From Octopus bimaculoides (lineage: Eukaryota): a stretch of DNA of 64,000 nt. A program made the position numbers and the translations under genes. The stretch is taken from contig NC_068985.1 in assembly GCF_001194135.2 (NCBI RefSeq), forward strand, positions 16,783,902 to 16,847,901. The letters are read 5' to 3'. The notes below the pieces were generated by a model that worked only from the letters and a program-made list of their open reading frames with translations, did no database searches and was not told the origin of the DNA. Below are positions 39,301 to 52,210 of this stretch, piece by piece (within the stretch, counting starts at the first letter, position 1; each line of letters opens with the position of its first letter).

Positions 39301-41882
39301 TACTTCACCATATTCTCTCTAAATATAAATTAACTTGATATGAAATTAATTCAAAGGGCAATTTATTGAAGAAAATATTTCTGTGGCACACTGATATGAT
39401 ATTTCACGTGTTCACTGAACAATAATCTAGAAATTATTTCTTTTCATTGTAAATTCTAGGAATTGCTTTTTAAAATCTTTTTCATCTTTTTCATCTTTTT
39501 CTAATACTATTTTGAAAGAATTACATTTTGGTTAAATTTTAAATAAAGTGCGGATGTGATCCATGTCTTTTAATAACCAGAAATAAGATTGTCTGATCTT
39601 ACTCTAATGAATAGAAAATTATATTTTCCACTTTTGTTAGTGGATTAATATATTTCATATTTGGTCTAAGTTAATGTTAGAAGGTATTCTTGTATAAATC
39701 AGGTTTGATAACTGACTGAGGTTTTATCAGTGTAACTTTGTAGTTGGGTGGAGATTGTTAACGGGGGAACATTTTAAAATCTTTCGTTGCATGTAGAGAT
39801 TGCTTTAGAAAGATAAAGCCACTTTACAGTTCCTCTTTTTTTTGTAAATTCTAAGCTGTTTAAATTGAAATTTGAAAAATTGCATATTGCTCATCACCAT
39901 CATCATTTAATGTCCATTTCCATGTTGGCATGGGTTGGAACATTTTCACAGGAGCTGGTAAACCATAGGACTGTGTCAATCTCCACTTTATAGAGTGTAC
40001 TGGGTGCTTTTTATGTGGCACCATCACCAGTGCCTATTTTAGCATATAAAATTTGTGAGGTTCAACACCTTGAATTCAGCTTTCAACACTCTTGTCCATA
40101 TTTTTTCCATGCTCTTCCTCTTCCACAGTTTTCTTTCATTTGGGATCTTCTGTACTCGTATATTATTATCCAAATGTAAGTGTAAAAAACAATTTTTTTT
40201 TATCTCTAAAGACAAGCTTAATATTCATCGTCAACATCATTATTTAGCATCCAAATTCCTGAGTGTAGTGGCTGCTTTTTCATGTCTCCAACACTAGTGA
40301 TGTTGCCAAGTAGCTCGTGAAGCAAGACCATTTGATTGAGAGAGAGGGAAGTGGCTTTATACCAAGTATTGAGGGCCAAGTGTATGATAGAGAGATAGGG
40401 ACAAGTGTCCTGCCATAGAGGAGATACATGGCTACCCCACTTAAAAAAAAAAAGAGAGATGATGATAGTGGTAATCTGCCAGGGTGTACCTTCAGGATAC
40501 AAGAGGGTTAATGTGAGTGGGGGATAGAGACAGGGGAATAGGTAGGTATATAATTTCATTAAATCATTTCAAATATTTAAACATTTAATCTAAAATATTA
40601 TTTACAACAAATCTATGAATAGAGTTTGCCCAGATAATCATCCTTTTGATTAATTCGAATTAAATTATGTACTTGTATTAAATTATTTTGTCTAGAAACC
40701 ATCTTATTAGAAGGAATAGAATAAACTACTGTAATCTTTGAAAAAGAGTATAAATGCAACAAAGATTGGGGAATGATAGCAGCAACACTAGCTCAGATCA
40801 GAATATTTCTCATAAGAAAATGGATTCCTGTGTCTCTAAGCTTGAATATTTTCTCTTGTTTTCTCAACTGGTAGCCTGTTTAACCACCCTCCAGTATTAA
40901 TAAGCGATTTGTGCCATTTAATAGCTTTGTACAACACATGCAATGTTCCTTTATATACAAATAGCATCCACTAAAACTGCTTTTGTAATAGGACAGTTGA
41001 ATAAAAATACTGGCATTTGAAAAGTTAAGGTCATAAAAGTCTGTTTTGCTTGGGTCTGGGGTGGGGAATTGAATAGTTTAACATTTTAAATATTTTATTT
41101 TAGTGTGATTTTAGCTTATTGAGTATTTAACTATATTTACTAGTATTATTACAAGCATTTAAGGCAGTGAGTCGGCAGAGTCATTGCTGCTCCAGACAAA
41201 ATGTTTAGTGTCATTTCTCCTGACTTTACATTCCGAGTTCAAATACTGCTGAGGTCGACTTTGCCTTTCATCCTTTCAAGGTCTATAAAATAAGTACTGG
41301 GGTTGATGATATTGACTTACTGCAGGCCTTGTGCCAGAATTTGAAATCTTTATTAAAAACATTTGTATCACCAAAGACTTGGTTTTAGGATTAAATAATG
41401 CTGTATTTCTTGTAATAATGTATTCTCTTCCAGGTCTTTAGCTGTTTTTAAGCGTCAAAGGTTAAAAAATTGAATTTTTCTATTTATGTCAGAATACGAA
41501 GAGGTTGGGAGCTGTGTCAACAATCTGAACCAGCCTATTGATTGTAGTACTTTTGTGTTTTCCAGCTTGAGTTAATACCGCTAACCATTTATTGCATTTG
41601 TTCAAAATTCTTTTGCAAAAAAAATATAAAGACAATATAATTCAATATTAAATGCTTGTGCAAGAAGCAAATATTTTTATCAGAAGTTAGCATTTCTTGA
41701 TATGTTTAAACATGTTTAAGTGACCCCCATTAAAATTATATAATCTTTACATTGCCTTCAAGGAATGCATCGTAAATTAATCCTTTCTTGTTTCAACTGA
41801 CCTTTTGTTGTTGATAGTTATTTTAATCTGCTGTTTTGTATCAATTTACTTACTTTTTATTTTTAGATTTAAATATTGTTGA

Positions 41883-42098
<216 letters not shown>

Positions 42099-42555
42099 TG
42101 ATCAAATCTATGGCCATTGTTTGTATGTGGATGCAAAAAAACTTATTAGGTTCTATATTACCTTTTGTAATTTAATTTTGGTTGAAGTTTCAGTCATTTT
42201 GTGGTTATATTCACTTGTTATTTTTTAGGGAGTATTAAACAAAAACTGTTCATTTGCAATTTTTAAATCATTCTATTATATTGATTGTAATAGTGCAGTC
42301 ACAACTTATTAAATGCAAATAACACTTTGGTATTATTTTTATCCATTTCTTATCTGTCTGCTACACTAGTCTTCATGTCTGTAGATACATAAACATCACA
42401 TCTTTCCATTTATCTGTTTTTGTGTAAGAAATTATGAAAGTTTCTTGGCAAATAAACCAATGATCTAGTTTTATCTTTTGGACTTGGCTTCCACTAAATG
42501 CTTTTGGAAAAGGCATGGACATGAATTTAAAATTTCACTAGTTTATGCTGAAAAC

Positions 42556-42591
<36 letters not shown>

Positions 42592-44118
42592 AAAATATTT
42601 TGTCCTGCTTAGGATACATGTATTCTATTCTACCAGCGCCATTCTGTAATTATAAAATAATATTCATTTGCAGTTACCACTTTTTTGTCTTTATTTTATT
42701 GATATTTTTCACATAGAGTGGACGTCTGTATATATATCTTCTCAGATTTAAATATGTAGCTTTCCATGTAGTTTTTTAATATTGTTTTGTACCGCACCTC
42801 ATTGCTTCTGTCACTCATATAGTGACAGAAGCTGTTCTTGTGTCTCTAATCTACATTGGCTGTATTTAGGTTACTAGGTCTATATTTGGAAAATTTCTCA
42901 ACTTACTTGTTATTGAGCAAGTTACAATAGCAAAGGATCTGGAAAACTTGTCTATTATAACATCATATCAGGGAAATTCCTGCCTGTTTCATCATTTCTG
43001 TATCTATGCATATCTTTGAGGATGACACTACTTCTGTGACCTTCAGTCTTTAAATTTTTAAACTTTTATTGTTATGACTGTTCTTTTTGATTTGTATGGA
43101 TGCTCAGTTCCAAATGTGCTTTAGTATCTTTTCCTTATTATTATTATTATTAAGGTGGTGAACAGGCAGAATCATTAGCATGTTGGGCAAAATGCTCAGC
43201 AGTATTTCTTCGATCTTTGTTCTGAGTTCAAATACCACTGAGGTCAACTTTAACTTACTGACCCCTCAAAAAAGGATGAAAGGCAAAGTACCAGTCAAGT
43301 AGTGGGTTTGATGTAATTGACTAACCCCTTCTCCTCCAAATTGTTGGTCTTGTACCAAAACTTGAAACATTTGTAATCAATTTAAAGAACAACAATACCC
43401 ATTTCTCTCACATTTTGCATTTGCTTATAATGGGGTGCCTTGCCTTTTCTAGAGTTATGTATACACATAATGGTAATCTCTCTTCATAGGCCATCTTTAA
43501 TTGCACAAGATTACATGCTCCATTCTGTCATGTAATGTATGTCAGTATTTACATGATGAATTCTCAATATTGTAGCTTCATAATTTTTTTGTCTTGTAGT
43601 TGGATCTCTTGCAACTCTCACTTTATGTCTTTGAAACTAGTTTGATTAATGAGACTGTTGTTTCTTTGTGTGTTCAAAGTTGTCAAGTTCACACTTTAGT
43701 ATCATACTCATCCTGTTAGTTGTGTATCCTTTTGGATTAACTTTCTCGTTGTTGGCAAGTAATGTTTGTCGCTATTTCAGCATAGCTGTTCCATTCGAAT
43801 GGACATTACTGCGATTTTTTTTTTTTTTAAACCCCAAAAAGATATTTCCTATGGCTGGTTAATAATGCACACCTGCATCCGATATACTGCAAGTAATATG
43901 TCAGATGCATGTGTGCATCGTTAACCAGCTAGAAGAAATGTCCTCTTGGGATTAAAACATCACAGTAATATCCATTACTTACCAGTACAGCTACTGCATT
44001 CATCTCTGATAGAGATTTTAGAACTAGCTTATTTGTTTGTTTCTCATTATTGCCCCAGTTCAGCTTTGAGTAGAATTATATTATTAAAATGCTCATTAAT
44101 AAAAAAAATAGTAATAAT

Positions 44119-44918
44119 CATCATCATCATCATCATCATCATCGTTTAACGTCCGCTTTCCATGCTAGCATGGGTTGGACGATTTGACTGAGGACTGGTG
44201 AAACCGGATGACAACACCAGGCTCCAATCTAATTTGGCAGAGTTTCTACAGCTGGATGCCCTTCCTAACGCCAACCACTCAGAGAGTGTAGTGGGTGCTT
44301 TTACGTGTCACCCGCACGAAAACGGCCACGCTCGAAATGGTGTCTTATGTGCCACCCNNNNNNNNNNNNNNNNNNNNNNNNNNNNNNNNNNNNNNNNNNN
44401 NNNNNNNNNNNNNNNNNNNNNNNNNNNNNNNNNNNNNNNNNNNNNNNNNNNNNNNNNNNNNNNNNNNNNNNNNNNNNNNNNNNNNNNNNNNNNNNNNNNN
44501 NNNNNNNNNNNNNNNNAAATCCTACGGGAGCCAGTCAGGCAGTACTGGCAACGGCCACGCTCAAAATGGTGCATCTCATGTGCCACCCGCACAAGAACCA
44601 GTCCAGGGGCACTGGCAACGATCTTACTTGGCTTGCCGGGTCTTCTCACGCACAGCACATTTCCAAAGGTCTCGATCAGTAGTCATCGCCTCGGTGAGGC
44701 CCAATGTACAAAGGTCTTGCCTCACCACCTCAGCCCAGGTCTTCCTGGGCCTACCTCTTCCACGGGTTCCCTCAACTGTTAGGGTGTGGCACTTTTTCAT
44801 GCAGCTATCCTCATCCATTCTCACCACATGTCCATACCAGTGCAATCGTCTCTCTTGCACACCACAACTGATGCTTCTAATGTTCAGCTTTTCTCTCAAG
44901 ATACTTGCACTCTGACGG
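44119..44918 (-). mobile_element. 5'-truncated RTE LINE (ORF C-terminus, 3' UTR, (GAT)n tail) in ARF6 intron 2
   Basis: Track ORF 44624..44944 has RRLHWYGHVVRMDED...GRGRPRKTW, the canonical RTE C-terminus. (CAT)n on + from 44119; 8-bp TSD GTAATAAT at 44111-44118 and 44919-44926; internal gap 44358-44516. Confidence 0.93.
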
Positions 44919-46795
44919 GTAATAATAATAACACATTCATACATTTTATTTGTTTGTTTTCATTGACTTCCAAATTTTCATAAACCCCTCCCAATGCATA
45001 TTTTATGAGTTCCATCATCAATGTTTACTAGCTTGTTCAGGCTGCACTATTGAAGGCATCTCTTGCATATTTATCAGCCTCAAATCCTGTATTGGTATTA
45101 GATTGTTACAGTTTGCAAAACTATTTTCTGACTTCACCTTTTAACAAGTAAACAGTTTAATGTTGTCTATATAGTGGCTGAACTCAATCTTACAAACCTA
45201 GTAGTCAGTTCCTCTAGAATTTAGTGAAACATTTAACATAAGTGCCATGCCCAATAGAATTTGCGACAAATGAATGTCTCTGGAATATGATATTTTTGAA
45301 GTAAATTGTATGTTTTTAGGACTCATTCATTGTGATTTAGTTATATTTTTGTCCTCCATTTGCTCACAGTAGTTTCCATGAACCCTATAACTACTGCTAA
45401 TAAATTATACATTGCTATTGATTTACTGACCCATGAATGCAGTTCAACACAATTATAAGCTTTAGCCTGTCAGTATGTTGGTTGGTTTCTCTTTTTCAGC
45501 CTGCAGTCTTCTAATATTTTATTTATTAATATCTGATCTTTACAGCCATTATGAACTTCTTCTTCCTCCTGCCTTTCTTTTCACAAATATATTTCTGCCT
45601 CAGTGTTGGTATGTCTCCTAACTTAGTGTCAATGTCAGTCATGTAGAAAGTAACAAGATATTTGATTCTTAAATTTTTGAAGTCATCCAATTCTCTTATT
45701 TTGGTTGGAGGATCGATTTTCCTTGTGTCAGTATAATGTTGGTATTTGAGATACTCATTATTTTGCTAAAACACTGGGCTATGTGTGTGAAAGAGTGACA
45801 TACGGATGTTTTACCATGAAATTTTATATTTTGTCTATTCTAGGAACTTGTAACTATCTTTTCTTTTATGCTTTCTCTTTCTACTATGATAGCTCTCCAT
45901 ATCTGTGTTAGTGTGTCTTCTGTATTACTACATGTCTTCTGTATTATCTATATTAGTACATAAGGTGGTGAGTTGCCAGAATCATTAGCACGCCAGGCAA
46001 AAATGCTTAATGGCATTTTGTCTGTCTTTACGTTCTGAGTTCAAATTCCATCAAGCTCTACTTTTCATCCTTTTTGGGATTGATAAAATATGCACCAGCT
46101 GAGCATTGGGATCAGTGTAATTGCCCTTGTGTTAAAATTTGAAACCTATACCTGTATTAGTCCATGCCTTCTATAAAATATCTACTATATCTCTTCATAT
46201 CTACGCTAGTATGCCTCTTATATCTTCTATAATATCTTGCATTATCTATGTTAGTACATTATGATACACTCTGCTGTCTGTGTTGAAGTACAAGACTAAA
46301 TTTTTATTCTCTAGATTATTTTGTTTTGTGAAATAGTTTTCATCTCCCATATTTTTACTCCAACATATTTGTACAGTTTCTCTTTGGTGATTCTCTGCAT
46401 TTTAGGATTTTTTTTTCATTTTTCATTTTTCATTTTTTTAGTCAGGAGTAAAGTTAGTGACCATGAGTCATTACAGGGCCTGTGAGACTGGGTGGAAGGA
46501 GGGAGAAGGTTCCTCAAGCAGGAAACCTGGCCCAAAGTGTTTGCAACAGAGTGATGAAGCTAAGGCCACCGGTAGTGCCAGTTGGTGATCTTGACTTGGA
46601 CAGTGGGTTAAATCTATCACTCAAGTAGGTCATGGTGGTATTGGAACTCAACATAAAAAGCTGGCTCAAATACTGCCAAGTACTGGGGTTGATATGATTA
46701 AAACAAATTCTTGAAAGCATTGCCCCAGCTTGACTATATTCCATTGACAGAAACCAGTAAAAGCTATATATATTTAAGCATTCTTATGTTTGGTT

Positions 46796-47035
46796 GTGAA
46801 GGCATGTGGGCTAGTGGTCAGGCTGTTGCACTTATGATTATAAAATCATAAGTTTCAATTCTCAGACTTGGTAATGTGCTGTGTCCTTGAGCAAAACACT
46901 TCATTTCACATTGTTCTAAGAGTTCACTCAGCTGGATGTGATTTCCAGCAAAGTTAACCCTACAACAGATCTGTGTCCACTCAATGGGGACCATTGTAAT
47001 CTCAGTCACTTATGCACTGTGGAAACAAAGTTAAG
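46796..47035 (+). mobile_element. tRNA-derived SINE (family E), degraded
   Basis: A-box-like GTGGGCTAGTGGTCAGG, degenerate B box AGTTTCAATTC, then GTGTCCTTGAGCAAAACACT. A related copy is on - at about 57050-57245. Confidence 0.55.
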
Positions 47036-47274
47036 CTTCAGACTTATGAATCCCTAGGGCTCATGATAGGCCTTATATTTGGTGATTTTATGCTCTTCAT
47101 TTGTGAACAATCATATACATATCACCATTTTCATTAAATTAGTAATTGTTACCTGTTGTGTTTAATTTGGCTATAAAAAAGGCATGTACTGACTCCTTCA
47201 TTTCAATTAACTTCTGCCCTATGTATGCTTATATTATTATTATTATAAACTTTCTGCTTTGTTTGTCTCTTCAG

Positions 47275-47473
47275 GATGTTGGAGGTCAAGACAAAATTCG
47301 TCCATTATGGCGCCACTACTATACTGGAACACAGGGGCTTATATTTGTGGTAGACTGTGCCGATAGAGATAGAATTGATGAAGCTAAACAAGAGCTCCAT
47401 CGAATTATTAATGACCGAGAAATGAGAGATGCTATCATTCTTATATTTGCTAACAAACAAGACCTTCCAGAAG
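47275..47473 (+). CDS. ARF6: ARF6 coding exon 3 ([21 protein letters not shown]...FANKQDLPE)
   Basis: 199 nt after a polypyrimidine tract and TTCAG, ending at GTATGT. Contains G3 DVGGQ and G4 NKQD; lies inside track ORF 47146..47481. Confidence 0.98.
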
Positions 47474-49259
47474 GTATGTAACAAAGATTATTCTTAAAAA
47501 CTCTGTACCCTCCCTCTTTTCTTTCACACCTTGTATATCATCTCCCTACTTAGTGATCTATATCTACAGATTTATTTCCATTCCACCTGTGCAACCTCCT
47601 ATCACCTCTTTTTCTGAGCTACTTTGATCTCTCTTTCATCTTCTTCACCCTTCCATACTGATATTTACCATCAACTACATCTCTACTCTTGTTTTTGAAG
47701 ATGTGGTTGATGGTAAATATCTACAGACACTTCTGATCGTGTAACACCCTCCTCTCATACTCTAATGAAATTACCCTCCACTATTTGTACATGTTCTTAC
47801 ACTTACCATCTTGTACCTACAGAACAAACTCTAGCCTACCCCACTGCCACCAATATTTTTATCTTCATTCTAGCTATTCTAACCCACTCCTATAATGTGG
47901 TGCAGCCATGTGTCTCTTGTATCACAAGCTGCCCATGCTTATCTTTCTATCACGGTTTTGCTTTTGACGTTTGGCATAAAGCCACCTCCATTTCTTTTTC
48001 TTTCTTTTTTTTTTTACCCTGAGTCTTGCAAGTAACTTAGCAACCTCACTAGTTTTGGTGTCATGAGAAACGTACCCAGTACACACAGTCAAGCAGTCGG
48101 CATTAGGAAAGGCATCCAGTCATAGAAATCTTGTCAAACTGTCCAACTCATCATGCTAGCATGGAAAACAGATGTTAAATGATGACATGAGTTGAACAGT
48201 GTGTAGTATATCATGTCACTATTCTTCTGATCTTGTGTTATATGAGTGGACCAATATTCTGAGATCTGATCTCCCTACTTCATCATCATCTGTCCAGACT
48301 CCAGCTGTCTGTTCTTAACATATATTTTCTTTGGTCATTGTTTGCTGCATGTATCTTCCACTCATTAGTTTTTCATTTGTCAGGAAATCCTATATTATCA
48401 ATGCACCTACCTTTCCTACACACATCAGCTGATCTTTTTTGATGCTCAGTCACTCTTTCAACTCATGTGCTCTATTTTTATGCAATTTGAGACTGAAAAT
48501 TAAATCTTTATTGTGGAAACAATAGTTGTAAAAAAAAAAAACCAAAATAATAAAATCTCGTATGTGCTATTAAAACATCCAGCAATCACAGTTGTCAACA
48601 AAAAACAATTTCCACCAATTACACAGAACACAAAAGCACTTAACTCAAATACAAATTAAACATTCTTTTTATGGAACATTCATAAAATATCTTAGGTTTC
48701 TATAATAATGAAATCGCTATACACATTCAATGATATAATTACAAAAACATCTAAAACCATTACATAAAATGAAAGGTAACGTGAAAAGAATACAACATTG
48801 GCTAGACAAGGAAACTAACCAGTTAATAAAAATTGGAGCAACCTTTAGTGTAACATCCTAGTGCCACAAATGAAATGCCTTCAAATCTCACTTTATCATT
48901 TTGAAAAAAGAAGGATGTGTTGGATATCCTTGAAATGATGTAATGGTCAAACTGTCATGCCTTTTAATCAAAGGCCTGCTCAATGCAGATTGACCTAGGG
49001 CCAAACAACCAGTGCTACAACAAAAATGTTGCAATAAAGAAAAAGTAACCCATAAAGGAACATGGTTCTTTTTATGATAGTCCCAATATGCACTAAAAGT
49101 AATTTAATCTTCAAATGGTTTTACTTCAACTTCTGTTTGCCAATTCTTTTAAACTTTGTCTTGTATAATATGATTGTTGTTAAAATATTAGTGTCTTTGT
49201 ATCTTGGTAATGCAACTTGAATAAATTTTTATGTGTATGTTCTTTATTGTTTCTTACAG

Positions 49260-49402
49260 CAATGAAACCACACGAAATTCAAGAGAAACTAGGTCTTACT
49301 CGTCTGCGCGATAGGAATTGGTATGTGCAGCCATCATGTGCAACAACAGGAGATGGACTCTATGAGGGCCTCACTTGGTTGACTTCTAATTTCAAATCCT
49401 GA
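49260..49402 (+). CDS. ARF6: ARF6 terminal coding exon ([47 protein letters not shown])
   Basis: 143 nt after TTCTTACAG, stop TGA at 49400-49402. The four exons total 82+104+199+143=528 nt, i.e. 175 aa, the canonical ARF6 length. I count 8 differences from human ARF6 as recalled (V4L, L5F, N60S, R100K, D128E, I144L, S158T, Y173F). Confidence 0.98.
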
Positions 49403-50400
49403 CTAAAGCCCAAGTTTGAGGGGCCCCAATGATAACTTGATCTTTTGTAAATTTTTGGACTTGAAGTAGGAAAATCTAAAATTCCTAACAGGAAAGGAAA
49501 TAAATTTTCTGTTTGATTAAAATTTTTAATAATGACATTTCAAACAAAAAAGACAACTATCAATAGATATCTATGTAATATCTATAGGTACATAGATATA
49601 TAAACAAATACGACTTATAATACACATATTCAATTGCACATGCGCATTCATATGAATTAATATTTTTTGTAAGCCAGCCAATATATCTAAAGATATTTTG
49701 GCCATCTAGTGTGTGCACATGTGTGTATGTGTGTTTGTGCATGCATACTTGCCATCCTGCTGTCTCTACAACAGATGTCCATTAAGTGCAGCCAAGCTAA
49801 TAAACTCCATTGAAATTCTCCAATTTTGCAGAAAAAAAAAAAAGACACCTCATTGCCAAGATTCCTTTTTAATATTTCAGTCTGTTTTATTAAAGGGATC
49901 TGTTGCAGTTGAAGGGAGGGATTTTGTTATATTTTTGAAAAATAAATAATAAAAAAAAAATGTTACAGACAAAAATATTCCTGAGCAGGATTGAGCAGAT
50001 ATTTTTTTTTTTTCAATCTAAGTAAATAAAACAAATTACTCAGAAAAATGAACCAATTTGGTTTATTTTTCTAATCTGTTCAGCTGTTAGACAGGTTCTT
50101 TTTTTTTTCTCCCCCAAAAAATGCTGTTTTCATTTGATATTAAACAAGGCAAAAAAAAAAAACCATGTTTGGATGCAATTGGTTTTCCTCATGCTAATTA
50201 ATGACCTGCAAAACAAAAGAGAAATACTTCCTTTCTAGAAAGCAAGGAAAAAGAAAGAAAGCCATGTGGGACCATGATATGTGTGTGTGTATGTATGTAT
50301 GTTTGTTTGATTAGTGAATGAATTTTAAAATTACAACTCTTGTGATGGATAAATAAACCGTCACCCAATTTCAGATCACACAGATTTGCAAGTATGTATA
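49403..50400 (+). other. Probable ARF6 3' UTR with candidate polyadenylation signals
   Basis: Mostly non-transposon, AU-rich sequence after the stop. AATAAA at 49941, 50025 and 50352. The true end cannot be determined from sequence alone. Confidence 0.55.
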
Positions 50401-50626
50401 AAAATGAGTAATTTAAAGCAAATTTTTAAGTAACCATTTTTTTTTTTGTAAGGACAACTCTTCTATACATAAGAATTACTTTCTGATGCTTCAATGCCGT
50501 TAAGTTCTATTTTGTTCAGAAGAAAATAAAAACAGATGTAGAAGTGACAATGATAACAACCAGCTGCAGTCAGCTCCATAAATTCTTATGGGAACATGAA
50601 AAACGCATTCACATATTGTGTATGTG

Positions 50627-50657
<31 letters not shown>

Positions 50658-52175
50658 ATGAGTATGCTCAGTCCTATGAATTGAGTCTTATACGGCTGAA
50701 CACTCAACAACACATACATGTGTGTAAATGTAGATGCATTTAATTTGAAAATTAATGTGATTGCACCCTGTTTGTTTTGTATCAGTGTATATGTGTACAC
50801 AATTTAATTAATTGCAGTTAAGTATGTCTGTGGTATTATGATTAGTTTGTGTACACATGTTTACAACAAAACCAATAGTTTTGAACTTCATACATCTTCC
50901 TCTATGATTCTGGTAAAGAATTCTCCACACTCAGATATTTGTCAGGGATTCTTTTGGATAATAATATTAATTATGGTAATGATAATAATAATAATAAGGA
51001 TTTCTAACACTGACGCAAGTAATATTATAACAATTAGGTATTGTAATGAAAGTCTGGCATCAGGAAGAAATTCTTTTGTAGTTTGTCATCTTTTGTCCCA
51101 CTTCTATTGGCAGCAGCCTTTCCACTTGGCTACATCACTTATTAATTTTATTACTAAGGTGCTTAACAACAAGAACAAAGAAAAAAGAAAAAAAACATGC
51201 TTCATAACTAATGTCGACTTCCTTAGATATTAATTCATATTTTAAACAATTTTCTTTTTCATAATGAAACCCTAATAATGTTATGTTTTCTGCTTCCCTG
51301 TGCAGCTTGAGCTGTCGTATTAGTTGCTGGAAGGTAACTTCTTGGCTCACCATTGGCTATGCTGCTGCTGCCACATCAAATTGTACTTCCCAGAATTTTT
51401 AAATNNNNNNNNNNNNNNNNNNNNNNNNNNNNNNNNNNNNNNNNNNNNNNNNNNNNNNNNNNNNNNNNNNNNNNNNNNNNNNNNNNNNNNNNNNNNNNNN
51501 NNNNNNNNNNNNNNNNNNNNNNNNNNNNNNNNNNNNNNNNNNNNNNNNNNNNNNNNNNNNNNNNNNNNNNNNNNNNNNNNNNNNNNNNNNNNNNNNNNNN
51601 NNNNNNNNNNNNNNNNNNNNNNNNNNNNNNNNNNNNNNNNNNNNNNNNNNNNNNNNNNNNNNNNNNNNNNNNNNNNNNNNNNNNNNNNNNNNNNNNNNNN
51701 NNNNNNNNNNNNNNNNNNNNNNNNNNNNNNNNNNNNNNNNNNNNNNNNNNNNNNNNNNNNNNNNNNNNNNNNNNNNNNNNNNNNNNNNNNNNNNNNNNNN
51801 NNNNNNNNNNNNNNNNNNNNNNNNNNNNNNNNNNNNNNNNNNNNNNNNNNNNNNNNNNNNNNNNNNNNNNNNNNNNNNNNNNNNNNNNNNNNNNNNNNNN
51901 NNNNNNNNNNNNNNNNNNNNNNNNNNNNNNNNNNNNNNNNNNNNNNNNNNNNNNNNNNNNNNNNNNNNNNNNNNNNNNNNNNNNNNNNNNNNNNNNNNNN
52001 NNNNNNNNNNNNNNNNNNNNNNNNNNNNNNNNNNNNNNNNNNNNNNNNNNNNNNNNNNNNNNNNNNNNNNNNNNNNNNNNNNNNNNNNNNNNNNNNNNNN
52101 NNNNNNNNNNNNNNNNNNNNNNNNNNNNNNNNNNNNNNNNNNNNNNNNNNNNNNNNNNNNNNNNNNNNNNNNNNN

Positions 52176-52210
<35 letters not shown>

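Noticed and set aside
47146-47274. Track N-terminal extension MLPVVFNL... of ARF6 exon 3 (likewise MNKFLCVC... before exon 4)
   Set aside because: Intronic sequence upstream of clear acceptors; the spliced model gives the canonical 175-aa protein.
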